Notes: generated by a model from the letters alone, not told the origin. A DNA stretch of 64,000 bases from an uncultured Candidatus Berkelbacteria bacterium (GCA_903877885.1 CAIRFN010000002.1:1734-65733); one strand, 5' to 3'; positions 1 to 11,196 are shown, numbered from the stretch's first letter. Numbers and translations are program-made.

Positions 1-297
1 ACGATCGAGCAATATCAAAGTATTATTTCTGATAGTAAAACCGTTTTTTGGAATGGTAATATGGGAATTTCCGAAGTTCGCAGTTTTGCTAATGGCACGG
101 TGGAAATTGCCCAAGCCTTGAAGGAATTATCACAAAATAACGAAGTTCAAATCGTGATTGGTGGTGGCGACACTGTGGCCGAAGTGGAAATTTTAGGTGT
201 AGAATCTAATGACAATATTTTCTTATCTACTGGCGGCGGCGCCACTTTGGAATTCTTAGCCGGTAAAGTTTTGCCAGGTTTGAAGGCGTTGGAATAA
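1..297 (+). CDS. pgk: phosphoglycerate kinase, C-terminal fragment (5' end outside window)
   Basis: Frame is open from nt 1. The C-terminal PGK motifs GGGDT...STGGGA..E.L.GK.LPG..AL are present. Ends in TAA. Confidence 0.8.
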   Translation, partial: TIEQYQSIISDSKTVFWNGNMGISEVRSFANGTVEIAQALKELSQNNEVQIVIGGGDTVAEVEILGVESNDNIFLSTGGGATLEFLAGKVLPGLKALE

Positions 298-307
298 AAG
301 AGGATTA

Positions 308-1153
308 ATGGAAAGATTAGATCGGAAAATTAAAAAAATCGCTATTTTTGAAGGCCAAAAAATCCGACGCCATTGGGATGGAGAACAAGAAAAATGGTAT
401 TTTTCAGTGGTGGATATAATTGCGGTATTAACAAATAGTGATAATCCGCAAGTTTATTGGCGCGTTCTTAAAAAAAGATTGATCGATGAGGGTTCAAATG
501 AAACCGTTACAAAATGTAACGGTTTGAAAATGCTTGCGTCGGATGGAAAAATGCGCTTGACTGATACCGCTGATACCGAAGTTGTTCTTCGACTTATTCA
601 ATCGATTCCTTCGCCGAATGCCGAACCGTTTAAGCTTTGGTTGGCGCGCGTCGGTTATGAACGGATCGAAGAAACTCACGATCCGGAATTGGCGATTAAT
701 CGGGCGCTTAATACTTATCTTAAAAAAGGTTATACCCAAAACTGGATCAACCAACGGCTTAAAAGTATTGAAATTAGAAAAGCTTTGACTGACGAATGGG
801 AGAAACGCGGGGTGAAAAAAGGTGATGAATTTGCTATTTTGACTGATGATATTACTTTGGCTTGGGCGGGAATGAATACGCGCGAATATAAAAATTATAA
901 GAGCTTAAAAAAAGAAAATTTACGGGATAATATGACTAATCTTGAGCTAGTTTTAAATATGTTGGCCGAGACGGCAACCACGGAAATTTCTGGAAAACGT
1001 GAACCTAAAAATTTACCAGAGAATCGCCAAGTGGCCAAAGAAGGCGGAACGGTTGCATGTCATGCTCGTCAAGAAATCGAGTCAAAAACCGGTCGAAAAG
1101 TTGTAAGTCAGAAAAGGTTTAGAGTTGAAGAAGATAAAAAAGCGTTGGAATAA
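308..1153 (+). CDS. Bro-N / DinD-like (DNA-damage-inducible protein D family) domain protein
   Basis: N-terminal region reads IRRHWDGEQEKWYFSVVDIIAVL...NPQVYW, which resembles the Bro-N/antirepressor domain as in E. coli DinD. 281 aa. Confidence 0.5.
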   Translation: MERLDRKIKKIAIFEGQKIRRHWDGEQEKWYFSVVDIIAVLTNSDNPQVYWRVLKKRLIDEGSNETVTKCNGLKMLASDGKMRLTDTADTEVVLRLIQSIPSPNAEPFKLWLARVGYERIEETHDPELAINRALNTYLKKGYTQNWINQRLKSIEIRKALTDEWEKRGVKKGDEFAILTDDITLAWAGMNTREYKNYKSLKKENLRDNMTNLELVLNMLAETATTEISGKREPKNLPENRQVAKEGGTVACHARQEIESKTGRKVVSQKRFRVEEDKKALE

Positions 1154-1257
1154 AATAATTTAATTTTAGAACTCAAAAAAACAGACTTGCCTCTTGATTT
1201 TTTGTTGTGTTTGGAATAAAATACAACCATCTTGTCGTACCTTAACGGAGGTGGAAA

Positions 1258-2283
1258 ATGCATGGGTTTCTGAGCACGAAAAATCTTAGCTTTGCCGGAT
1301 TTGGTCCGGAAAACAAAAAGATTCTCAAGGCTGTTTTGGCCATTGCCGGTCATCCGCAATTGGCGGGAATTTGGTCGCACGATGGGAGTGATCAGGCATT
1401 TACCAAAACTTTCGAGCGGGAATTTGGCATTCCTTTACCGCCGCTTTATAAAGGTATCCAAGAATATGACGATTTTATTAAAGAACTGGATTTTCTTTCG
1501 ATTGCGGTACCACCGGCAAAAAATCTGAATTTAATGACTTTGGCATTAGTGAATAATCCAAAAGTTAATATTCTGGTTCAAAAACCAGTGGCTCATCAGC
1601 TTCATCATTTGGAAAGTTGTCATATCCCAGATGACGGTTTAAAACGAGTGGCAGTTGGCTGCCAATTAGGTTTTCATTATGGCTTTAGGATTTTTGCCGA
1701 AGCAGTACTTCAAACTGACCAAAAGATTGTCAAAGTCGAAATCAATATGCTTAAAAATGCTCTAACTCAACCTGGCATTACGCGATCAGATTACAAACTT
1801 TATGGTGGCGGCATCTGGATGGATTTAGGCCCGCATGTTCTGGACATGCTTGAGCGACTTGGTTTTTGGTCGATTGTCAAAGTCATTAGCGGTGGTACAG
1901 AAATTGAGCCACATCATCTTCATAAACCGGAAGTCGAGCAAAAAGCTGAAATGATATTGGAAACCAAAGATGGTGTGATAGTCGATATTTGTCTTTCTAA
2001 TATTGAAGAATATCTGACCAAACCGCAGAATAATCTTTTAGTTTATGATCGAAATGGTTTTATTAATGACTATCGTCACGCAGTTCATTGGTTAGATTTT
2101 TCCGAAGCCAAATGGGTTGTTGATGGCCGCGAAGGTCCTCGCTCGGTGCCGCGCGAGTTAATGATGGTGGATTTCTTTAGCGGGGCCAAAAGATGTACCA
2201 AAATTTCTAGTGCCTATGCTCATCAACAGGTTATCGACGCTGGCTATCGTTCGGCCAAAAATTGCTGTCAAATCATTCTCTAA
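1258..2283 (+). CDS. Gfo/Idh/MocA-like NAD(P)-dependent oxidoreductase (tentative)
   Basis: 341 aa. Rossmann-like N-terminus and an ILVQKP segment resembling the EKP motif of this family. A terminator follows. Confidence 0.4.
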   Translation: MHGFLSTKNLSFAGFGPENKKILKAVLAIAGHPQLAGIWSHDGSDQAFTKTFEREFGIPLPPLYKGIQEYDDFIKELDFLSIAVPPAKNLNLMTLALVNNPKVNILVQKPVAHQLHHLESCHIPDDGLKRVAVGCQLGFHYGFRIFAEAVLQTDQKIVKVEINMLKNALTQPGITRSDYKLYGGGIWMDLGPHVLDMLERLGFWSIVKVISGGTEIEPHHLHKPEVEQKAEMILETKDGVIVDICLSNIEEYLTKPQNNLLVYDRNGFINDYRHAVHWLDFSEAKWVVDGREGPRSVPRELMMVDFFSGAKRCTKISSAYAHQQVIDAGYRSAKNCCQIIL

Positions 2284-2303
2284 ATATCAATCTTTTAAAT
2301 CGA

Positions 2304-2328
2304 GCCTCCCTAAACGGAGGCTTTTTTA
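2304..2328 (+). terminator. Rho-independent terminator
   Basis: Hairpin GCCTCCctaaacGGAGGC followed by TTTTTT. Confidence 0.7.
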
Positions 2329-2396
2329 GACTTGATAAAAAACAATGAATCTGTTAAAATCTAAGAGAAATTAAAGTAATATTTAAAAAGGATCTA

Positions 2397-3572
2397 ATGT
2401 TAGAAATCAAACGCGAAAATGTTAGCAAAATTAAAGTTAAATTGACGGTCAAAGTGCCAAGCAAATTAATGCAAGGTTTTTTTGACAAAGTCTATAATGA
2501 ACTTGCTCCTAGCGTGGAGGTCAAAGGTTTTCGTAAAGGCCATGCGCCAAAAGCTTTAACTGTTTCGGCTATTGGTGAAGAACGAATTAATGAAAAAATT
2601 ATTGATTTAGCTTTGAATCAAACCTATGTTGAAGCGCTTAAAAAAGAAAATATTATTCCGATTGCGCCGCCACGAATCAATATCCGCATGCTTAAAGATT
2701 TAACTGCCGAAACTGCCGAACTCGAATATGAAGCGGAAATTGATTTACTACCGGAAGTAGAAATTGGCGATTATACCAAAATTAAAATCAGCAAAGCTGG
2801 TGAAATTAAAGTTAGTAAAGAAGAAATCGATCAGGTTTTGAAACATTTGCAACAACAACATGCCACTTTTGAGGAAAAAGACGGTGCGGCCGTTGATGGC
2901 GATCGGATTGAAATGAATTTTGAAGGTACTGAACGCGGTGTGGTCTTAGATAATCTCACCAGTAAAAACTATCCGGTTATTTTAGGTAGCAAAGTTCTGA
3001 TTCCGGAATTTGAAAAAGAAATTATCGGGCTTAAAAAAGGCGACAAAAAAGAATTTGACGCTAATATTGGTAAAGACAAGAATAAGAAAAAGGTTCATTT
3101 TGCAGTCGAGATTTTAAAAGTGGAAAAAGTTAATTTACCAGAACTAGATGAAAGTTTAGCTGGTAAATTCCAACAAAAAAGTTTGGCCAAATTAACCGAA
3201 GCGATTGAAAAAGATATTGTGGAACAAAAAACCATTGCTCTGCGTCGCGAACAAGAAGGCGAGATTGCCGAAGGTTTATTAAAAATTACCAAATTTGAAG
3301 TCCCAGAATCTTTAGTTGAACAAGAAACTCACCGCATGATTGATGATATGCGTCAAAGAACTGAAATGATGGGACTACCGTTTGAACAATATTTACTTCA
3401 AATTAAAAAAACCGAAGCAGATATTCATGAAGAATTTCACGATCAAGCCGAAAAAACGGTCAAAGTTGGTTTGATTTTAGGCGAAGTTGGTAAGCGCGAA
3501 AAAATCGATTTGAAAGCCGAAGATGCTGGCCGCCAAGTGATGGAAAAATTACTCGAATACGCTAAGAAATAG
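2397..3572 (+). CDS. tig: trigger factor
   Basis: N-terminal ribosome-binding signature GFRKGHAP. 391 aa. In the classic tig-clpP arrangement. Confidence 0.9.
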   Translation: MLEIKRENVSKIKVKLTVKVPSKLMQGFFDKVYNELAPSVEVKGFRKGHAPKALTVSAIGEERINEKIIDLALNQTYVEALKKENIIPIAPPRINIRMLKDLTAETAELEYEAEIDLLPEVEIGDYTKIKISKAGEIKVSKEEIDQVLKHLQQQHATFEEKDGAAVDGDRIEMNFEGTERGVVLDNLTSKNYPVILGSKVLIPEFEKEIIGLKKGDKKEFDANIGKDKNKKKVHFAVEILKVEKVNLPELDESLAGKFQQKSLAKLTEAIEKDIVEQKTIALRREQEGEIAEGLLKITKFEVPESLVEQETHRMIDDMRQRTEMMGLPFEQYLLQIKKTEADIHEEFHDQAEKTVKVGLILGEVGKREKIDLKAEDAGRQVMEKLLEYAKK

Positions 3573-3580
3573 AATAAGAT

Positions 3581-3674
3581 TGTCATTCTCGAGTCGGGTA
3601 GTAACCAGACATCGGGAATCTAGAAACAATTAATCTGGATTCCAGATCCCGAAGCCTTCGGGTCTGGAATGACA
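3581..3674 (+). repeat. MITE-like structured intergenic repeat, copy 1
   Basis: TGTCATTCTCGAG...ACATCGGGAATCTAGAA...GGATTCCAGATCC-loop-GGTCTGGAATGACA. The terminal inverted repeat is TGTCATTC/GAATGACA. An internal hairpin TTCCAGATCCCGAAG/CTTCGGGTCTGGAA is present. The element ends 12 nt before the clpP ATG. Confidence 0.85.
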
Positions 3675-3686
3675 GAAGGAAAAACA

Positions 3687-4286
3687 ATGGATAAACAAAT
3701 TCGCAATAATTATCTCGTGCCAATGGTGGTGGAAAAATCCCCATATGGCGAACGAGCTTATGATATTTACTCAAGATTATTAAAAGACCGCATCATTTTT
3801 TTGGGCGGTCCAATTGATGACGAAACAGCCAATATTATTATGGCTCAATTGTTGTTTTTGGATTCTGAAGATCAGAAGAAAGACATCTCTTTGTATATCA
3901 ACTCACCTGGTGGTGTGGTGACGGCTGGTATGGCGATTTACGACACGATGCAATATATTAAATCTGATGTTTCGACTATTTGTATTGGTCAAGCCGCCTC
4001 GGCCGCCGCGGTTTTGCTGGCTGCCGGTGCTAAGGGTAAACGCTTTGCTCTACCAAATTGTCGCGTGATGATTCATCAAGTCATGGGTGGTGCTGAAGGC
4101 CAAGCCACTGATATTGAAATTCAAGCCAAAGAAATTTTGCGGGTCAAAGAATCGTTAAATAAAGTTTTAGCCAGTCACACCGGGCAGGCAATTTCCAAGA
4201 TCGAAAAAGACACTGATCGCGATTATTTTATGTCTGCAGATGAAGCTCTTAAATACGGCATTATTGATAAGGTGATAGAAAAATAA
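3687..4286 (+). CDS. clpP: ATP-dependent Clp protease proteolytic subunit
   Basis: Full ClpP homology ([25 protein letters not shown]). RBS GAAGGA lies 7 nt upstream of ATG 3687. The ATG at 3669 lies inside the repeat and has no RBS. Confidence 0.93.
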   Translation: MDKQIRNNYLVPMVVEKSPYGERAYDIYSRLLKDRIIFLGGPIDDETANIIMAQLLFLDSEDQKKDISLYINSPGGVVTAGMAIYDTMQYIKSDVSTICIGQAASAAAVLLAAGAKGKRFALPNCRVMIHQVMGGAEGQATDIEIQAKEILRVKESLNKVLASHTGQAISKIEKDTDRDYFMSADEALKYGIIDKVIEK

Positions 4287-4331
4287 AATTAAACCAGAAG
4301 GTAACTTCCAGGGTTGTATCGGGAGGGAAAA

Positions 4332-5441
4332 ATGAAAAAAAGAGTTTTGATTGTCTCATTTAAAATTGGGTTAGGTCATTATAAGGCGGCCGAAGCGATT
4401 GAAGAAAAATTGCGCCAAAATCACCCGGAATTGGATATTAAGCATGTCGATATGGTTGACTATATTAGTTTGTTGGGCGGCAGTATTTATCAAAAAGGCT
4501 ATCTGGCAATTACTGACAAGGCGCCGGAACTATGGCGCATGCTTTATCATCAAACGCCAGCTTATTCCGCCAAATTACGTTTGATTTTTGATTTAGCCAA
4601 CACCGCCAAATTTCGCAAATTAATTTTTGCCCATGAACCAGATTTAGTTATTTGTACTCATTTTATTCCCGCCAGTCTCTTGTCACACTGGCGCGAAACC
4701 TTAAATTTAGAAACCAAATTAGCTTTTATTCTGACTGATTTTGAAAGTCATCCGCATTTAATTATTCCTGGACTCGATTTATACTCGGTGGCGGCCGATT
4801 CGGTTAAACATGAATTAGTTAAAAATAAGATTGATTCAAGTAAAATCGCAGTTACTGGTATTCCAGTCAAAGCCAATTTTACTAAAACCTATGAAAAGTC
4901 CAAAATTCGCCAAAAATTGGGTTTAAAAGATAAATTTACTGTTCTTCTGATGAGCGGCGGTTTTGGTGTTGGTGAAATCGAAGATATTTTCTCGCGTCTA
5001 CAAGAATCCACAGATGATTTACAGATTGTGGCTGTGGCTGGTTATAATAAGGAATTGGAAAAAGATTGGCAGAAAGTGGCTAAAAAATCACCAAAAGTTA
5101 ATAAGATTTTTGGTTTTACCGATCAAGTGGCTGAACTAATGGCCTCTGCCGACGTTATTGTCTCTAAAGCCGGTGGTTTGACTGTTTCCGAGTCGCTTTG
5201 TATTGGGACGCCGCTTGTGATTTTTAAGCCGACTCCCGGCCAGGAGGAGGCTAATACTAGATATCTAGTCAGCCGCGCGGCTGCGTATCATGCCGAAACG
5301 GTCAAAGGAATTTTAAATATCATTAATCGAGTTTTTTTGGGTCAAGAAGATATTATGGCAATGAAGAAAAATATTGCTAAAATCGCTAAACCTCATGCGG
5401 CCGAAATCGTGGCTCTAAAAGTGGTTGATTTAATTAAATAA
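4332..5441 (+). CDS. GT28-family glycosyltransferase (MGDG synthase / UgtP-like diacylglycerol glycosyltransferase)
   Basis: N-terminus has the VLIVSFKIGLGHYKAAEAI pattern of MGDG-synthase-like proteins. C-terminal half has a MurG-like G-loop (VSKAGGLTVSE). RBS GGGAGGG. Confidence 0.65.
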   Translation: MKKRVLIVSFKIGLGHYKAAEAIEEKLRQNHPELDIKHVDMVDYISLLGGSIYQKGYLAITDKAPELWRMLYHQTPAYSAKLRLIFDLANTAKFRKLIFAHEPDLVICTHFIPASLLSHWRETLNLETKLAFILTDFESHPHLIIPGLDLYSVAADSVKHELVKNKIDSSKIAVTGIPVKANFTKTYEKSKIRQKLGLKDKFTVLLMSGGFGVGEIEDIFSRLQESTDDLQIVAVAGYNKELEKDWQKVAKKSPKVNKIFGFTDQVAELMASADVIVSKAGGLTVSESLCIGTPLVIFKPTPGQEEANTRYLVSRAAAYHAETVKGILNIINRVFLGQEDIMAMKKNIAKIAKPHAAEIVALKVVDLIK

Positions 5442-5464
5442 TATAATTTTTAAGGACTAAAAAA

Positions 5465-5484
5465 GCGGTTGCTTTCGCAACCGC
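5465..5484. terminator. bidirectional terminator hairpin between convergent genes
   Basis: GCGGTTGCtttcGCAACCGC flanked by an A-run. Confidence 0.6.
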
Positions 5485-5486
5485 AG

Positions 5487-6191
5487 TTAGGTTTTCCGTT
5501 TGGTAATATCGATATTAACGAGATCATGACTAGCCTTGAGAACAAGGTGTATTTCTCGGACCGTTTCGTCGGCCATGAGATAACGAATCGAACCAACCAG
5601 TTGCTCAGCGCGGGTTGGTTGTCGCTTTCGAGCGGTTTTGGGAGCCGCTTTCGGTTTCTCAATTGGTTGTTGAATCACAACAGGAACCTCCTCGGGAATA
5701 GGAATAATCGGCGGTATGGGTAGCGATGTTTTTGGGGTAACTAATCCAGTTTGAGTTAAAACTTTTTGATGTTGTTTTAAAGTTTCTTCACGATTAATTA
5801 TTTGTTCTAATATTTTGAATTTATCAAATGTAATAACTTTTGTTCCAGGCATCTCTTTATATCGCTCGTAGAGATTATTTTTAAAAGCATAAATTTCAAC
5901 TTCTTGATTATTAATGGTAATTGCATCAAGTAGAACGTGCTGATACTCATGGTCACCACTGACAACAATAATCGTATCAACAACTTTATCAGCGGAAATT
6001 CTTTCAATATCTTTGCAAATAGCTGAATCTACATCCGTGTCGTTGGGTAAATTTTTATGCACGGAATAACCTATTGCTTCTAAAGATTGAAGAAATATTT
6101 TTCCATTTTTACCATAAATCGGATATTGATAATAATACCGTGCGTCAATAAGCTCTCGTTTTTGGCTGATAAAATGATATAATTTCTTCAT
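5487..6191 (-). CDS. NYN/LabA-like (PIN-fold) domain protein with Pro-rich linker and C-terminal domain
   Basis: IIVVSGDHEYQHVLLDAI...VEIYAF is the LabA/NYN core. A PIPPIIPIPEE linker follows. An upstream in-frame stop bounds the start. Confidence 0.6.
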   Translation of the reverse strand: MKKLYHFISQKRELIDARYYYQYPIYGKNGKIFLQSLEAIGYSVHKNLPNDTDVDSAICKDIERISADKVVDTIIVVSGDHEYQHVLLDAITINNQEVEIYAFKNNLYERYKEMPGTKVITFDKFKILEQIINREETLKQHQKVLTQTGLVTPKTSLPIPPIIPIPEEVPVVIQQPIEKPKAAPKTARKRQPTRAEQLVGSIRYLMADETVREIHLVLKASHDLVNIDITKRKT

Positions 6192-6418
6192 GTCAAGTAC
6201 AATTTTCTGATGTTCCTGACATTTTTTAGATTAGGTCCATCAATAAAAATTGCTATTTTCTGGCCAGAAATATCCATTGTTGAGTCAATGACATTATCTA
6301 TTCCCATATCATCCCTCTTTCTCTCGATTGTTAAGCTGCGTCCGTTTTTAACGAACTTATTAACTTACCTTAAATTATTGAATTTGTCAAGGTTAAAATC
6401 GATGATTAGTTAAAACTG

Positions 6419-6427
6419 TGCTATAAT
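6419..6427 (+). promoter_or_regulatory. extended -10 promoter (TGcTATAAT) for DUF378 gene
   Basis: TGCTATAAT lies 27 nt upstream of the ATG. RBS GAGGGGAGG. Confidence 0.5.
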
Positions 6428-6454
6428 TTAATAAAGAGAGGGGAGGTGATTTAC

Positions 6455-6655
6455 ATGCAAAAAGGGGCAATTTACATGATCGCAATGACTCTTTTGATCA
6501 TTGGTGGTCTAAACTGGGGTTTAGTTGGCTTTTTTAACTTTGATTTAGTGGCTGCAATCTTTGGTTCTGGCTCAATGCTGACCAAAATTGTTTACGATAT
6601 TGTCGGTATTTGTGCGATTTATGTCGCTATCGCCGCCATGGGTGGCAAAGACTAA
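6455..6655 (+). CDS. DUF378 family small membrane protein
   Basis: LIIGGLNWGLVGFFNFDLVAAIFG is the DUF378 signature. Confidence 0.7.
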   Translation: MQKGAIYMIAMTLLIIGGLNWGLVGFFNFDLVAAIFGSGSMLTKIVYDIVGICAIYVAIAAMGGKD

Positions 6656-6690
6656 AATCAGGTTTTTCTTCAGATCATATCTGGAAAAAC

Positions 6691-6712
6691 GAGGGTTTAG
6701 CCCTCTTTTTCC
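6691..6712 (+). terminator. Rho-independent terminator
   Basis: GAGGGtttaGCCCTC followed by TTTTT. Confidence 0.7.
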
Positions 6713-6745
6713 TTTGAAAAAGATCAGTATTTTTCAAAACAGGTG

Positions 6746-6774
6746 TTGACAAAAAAACAATCATATTATATGAT
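6746..6774 (+). promoter_or_regulatory. 16S rRNA promoter
   Basis: TTGACA, 17-nt spacer, TATGAT, about 360 nt upstream of 16S. Shares the upstream context GGTGTTGACA with the 23S and mraZ promoters. Confidence 0.6.
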
Positions 6775-7134
6775 GTATTTACACCTGGAGGAGAGGAGAA
6801 ATCTTCATCAAGTTTTATTTCTTAAAAAAACAATGATCGATGCTAAATAAAAAAATCTAATTTTTTTAGAGTTTTCTATTTCTCATTGATAACGAACTTT
6901 AACATCGCTCGAATCAGAATCGAGATATTGATTTGAGCACACAAAATATTAATAATACATTCCACCGAATAACATGTATTTAATTCAATACTTTTGTGGT
7001 TGCAAGAACTTCTTTTTAGCATTATTTAGAGGGAAAATAAAAATATGCATTAAGTCCACAATCCACGCGGGTTGTGGCACCAGACTTTTAATCGTCTAGA
7101 AGAACTCAATTTTCTACACGATTAACGGTCTCAA

Positions 7135-8590
<1,456 letters not shown>

Positions 8591-8723
8591 GGGAGTAAAC
8601 ACCTAGGCTAGTTGTTTCAAGCAATTGCATTCAACTAGTTTAAGCGTCGATCTTACCAGACGGCCTGAATCTCAGGTTTGTCTGGCCAAGTCTTGCAACC
8701 ACAAAAGTTTTGAAACTATAAAA

Positions 8724-8746
8724 AAGACCTTTAAAGGTCTTTTTTG
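8724..8746 (+). terminator. terminator after 16S
   Basis: AAGACCTTTAAAGGTCTT followed by TTTTT, immediately after the 16S processing stem. Confidence 0.7.
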
Positions 8747-9203
8747 TGTATTTTAACCTAAATCCCACCTGCGAGGTGGGATTATATGGTTTGAATAAGG
8801 TTGGAAATTATCGTCTCAATGGACGAGGCGTTTGCCTCTGGACTTTCCAAGGATTTTTTGATAAACTGAATCAGTTGGGCGGCAAAATAGCTCCGTTTCT
8901 TATCAAGGTGCCTCCTCAAGAGTCATACTTCCCGTAAAGTCGTGGTATGACTCGGATCAAGGATGGGATAACGGGCATATGCCAGGTGCACACGGCATAT
9001 GATCGCTTTAGACCTATGTCAAAAAGCGCTAAAACCAATCTCTGCAGGGTTAAGAAGCAACCTATTTTTCTGCAGATTAAAGGGCAGTCCGTTTCAAAAG
9101 CGGCAACGAGTGATCTGGACCATTAAAGGTTCATACTCGACGGCTTAGAGGCTCCCTCCGCTCAATCTCATGATACAGCAGTATCTTCCTATTTCCATTT
9201 TCC

Positions 9204-9262
9204 CCGTACTATTGATTAGTCCGGGGTTTTTTGATAGAATTCAGATATATTATCGGGAGGTA
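9204..9262 (+). repeat. leader cassette copy A (terminator-like hairpin + T-run + conserved leader + GGAGG)
   Basis: CCCCGTACTATTGATTAGTCCGGGGTTTTTTGATAGAATTCAGATAT..TATCGGGAGG. Near-identical to 9646-9706. Confidence 0.7.
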
Positions 9263-9268
9263 ATGAAG

Positions 9269-9619
9269 ATGATTCGGTTACCGCGTAACAAAGTTCCTTG
9301 TTACAATCGGAGTTGTGGTACGAACTGCAACCATGCGTTTGATGACCATTGTGTTGTTCCTAATGTTGAGACAACCAGTCTGTTTTCTGTCGAATATCGC
9401 CAACAATGTCAACATACAGATAAAACTTACGAACAAGGTATGCAATGTCTGGAAAATATCGAAGGAAATCCGCTTTCCGCCGAAACTTTAATAAGGCATC
9501 GGTTTAATATTCCGAATGATCAACCGATTACCGATATTGATTTACGCAACTATGACACTATTTGTATGGCCGAAGCGCATGCTGTATTTAATATGCGCCC
9601 GCCGGCAGTACTTTTATAG
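9269..9619 (+). CDS. hypothetical Cys-rich small protein
   Basis: 116 aa (MIRLPRNKVPCYNRSCGTNCNHAFDDHCVV...). GGAGG lies 8 nt upstream. Preceded by cassette copy A. Confidence 0.5.
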   Translation: MIRLPRNKVPCYNRSCGTNCNHAFDDHCVVPNVETTSLFSVEYRQQCQHTDKTYEQGMQCLENIEGNPLSAETLIRHRFNIPNDQPITDIDLRNYDTICMAEAHAVFNMRPPAVLL

Positions 9620-9645
9620 ACATCTCTCGTTTAAATTTTTAGATC

Positions 9646-9706
9646 GCCCCGTACTATTGATTAGTCCGGGGTTTTTTGATAAAATTCAGATATCCTATCT
9701 GGAGGT
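9646..9706 (+). repeat. leader cassette copy B
   Basis: CCCCGTACTATTGATTAGTCCGGGGTTTTTTGATAAAATTCAGATATCCTATCTGGAGG. A partial third copy (hairpin + TTTTTTGATAAT) lies at 10526-10552. Confidence 0.7.
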
Positions 9707-9714
9707 GAACCTTA

Positions 9715-10287
9715 ATGACTAAGAATATCGATGGTATTGTTGGAGTTGAACACGCCGCGCGTTTTACCGATAATCATCGGATAATTAACGCGCCGATGGA
9801 TTATCTTCTGTTTTATCCGGGTGGTGATTATCATCAAGCCTTGGATTTAAGATCGGTTTTAGGTGAAAATTTTGTGATCGATTTGCTTCAAGAATTGAAA
9901 AATACAGAGGCAGTTCTAGCCACGCTAAATATCGACGATGATAAGCTGGTTAAAGGTTGTTCAATTGAATTTCGCGGTCCGACAAGTAATATTGTCACAA
10001 ACAAAAAACCGCAAATTTATGTGATTCATTATCTCGATGGTTCTGGTTTTTATCCATTTACGGCCCGATGCGAATTGTCGGCTTTACGCTGTTTTATGGG
10101 CTTGTTTACACATCGATCAGAACCGATTACAAAAGAATTAATTAATCACTTTGGCATTGATTCATTGCGACGATTCTATCCTGAATCAGGCGAATGGGTA
10201 ACGATTTTTCCTTTGGACGATGATTGGAATAATCGTTGCCAAAAAATGTTTCTTGATTATCGGGAATTGATGGTAATTGGAGGTTAA
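9715..10287 (+). CDS. hypothetical protein
   Basis: 190 aa with no recognisable domain. GGAGG lies 10 nt upstream. Preceded by cassette copy B. Confidence 0.55.
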   Translation: MTKNIDGIVGVEHAARFTDNHRIINAPMDYLLFYPGGDYHQALDLRSVLGENFVIDLLQELKNTEAVLATLNIDDDKLVKGCSIEFRGPTSNIVTNKKPQIYVIHYLDGSGFYPFTARCELSALRCFMGLFTHRSEPITKELINHFGIDSLRRFYPESGEWVTIFPLDDDWNNRCQKMFLDYRELMVIGG

Positions 10288-10291
10288 ATAC

Positions 10292-10528
10292 ATGGGACAT
10301 CATGTTTATTGCATTAACCATTGCATATGCGGGAAAACCAAACATCATATTGGAGCGCGGTTAGAGATAGTACCAACATCTCATAATGATAATGAATCGG
10401 CAGCATCTTATCTTGCCCAAATAGAGGTGCGAACTAATCGTCTACACATTGGCGATTCAATCGAAGTTGGAACACAGATTTTCATTATCGACCAAGCTTT
10501 GTTGGACAAATGGAAATCTACTCCCTGA
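10292..10528 (+). CDS. hypothetical Cys/His-rich small protein
   Basis: 78 aa (MGHHVYCINHCICGKTKHH...). GGAGG lies 8 nt upstream. Followed by a hairpin/T-run. Confidence 0.45.
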   Translation: MGHHVYCINHCICGKTKHHIGARLEIVPTSHNDNESAASYLAQIEVRTNRLHIGDSIEVGTQIFIIDQALLDKWKSTP

Positions 10529-10597
10529 TCCTTGACTGGTTCAGGGTTTTTTGATAATAAAAAACCGCCGGTTTGGCGGTTGATAGAAAATCATCAG

Positions 10598-11056
10598 TTA
10601 TTTTTTGGATTTAAACGGATTCTTATTAAATGGCTTTTCCCAGTCATCTTCTGGTATGACGCTGGCGTGACGGATTTGCTGCGCCATTTTTCGGAATGAT
10701 TTGAGATCGCGAAATTTAAAAACTTTAATCGAATCTTCATCAATATGCCAGGGAAAAATTGGAAATTCTGCGCGTTCACATTCTTGAACAGAAATATTAT
10801 TGCTGTTTACCTCTAAATGGCTAATGAATAATCCGGAACGGAAGCGCCGGCCGTCTACTGGTTCAAGGCTGACGCGACTTTGGTCATTGATGGCGATTTT
10901 ATAAATTCGGTTTTTGAATCTTAAAAACAATTTCAAATGCTTACCTTGATCAACTTTACCTTGATTTCGTAGTCGCTCAATAGCAATTCCAACTAATTCC
11001 TTAATTGCTTCGATCAAGTCAGGATTTACAATTTCAGTGGATTCAATATTCTCCAT
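10598..11056 (-). CDS. hypothetical protein
   Basis: 152 aa ORF convergent with the Cys-rich array. Followed on the minus strand by hairpin AACCGCCGGTTTGGCGGTT. Confidence 0.5.
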   Translation of the reverse strand: MENIESTEIVNPDLIEAIKELVGIAIERLRNQGKVDQGKHLKLFLRFKNRIYKIAINDQSRVSLEPVDGRRFRSGLFISHLEVNSNNISVQECERAEFPIFPWHIDEDSIKVFKFRDLKSFRKMAQQIRHASVIPEDDWEKPFNKNPFKSKK

Positions 11057-11196
11057 CACACTCTCCTTTAAGGTACAGACTGATATATGAATTATACGGG
11101 ATTATCCAGATTAAATCAAGCCTGGTGATGACTCTTGGACTTTGAAAAGTATTTCTAGTATAATCAGGCCAGATTACCAAAGAAGGAGTACCTTAA

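Noticed and set aside
8896-8935. CTTATCAAG... resembling the 5' end of a SAM-I riboswitch
   Set aside because: Only the first 9-11 nt match. The downstream GGC/GGAGGGA and the pseudoknot and kink-turn consensus are absent.
8780-9200. RNase P RNA, tmRNA, SRP RNA or 6S RNA in the ORF-free region after 16S
   Set aside because: None of the universally conserved motifs is present: no GGAAAGUCCGG P4 motif, no tmRNA tag-coding ...AA ending, and no SRP GGAA tetraloop domain. The region is kept as an unclassified structured leader in the findings.
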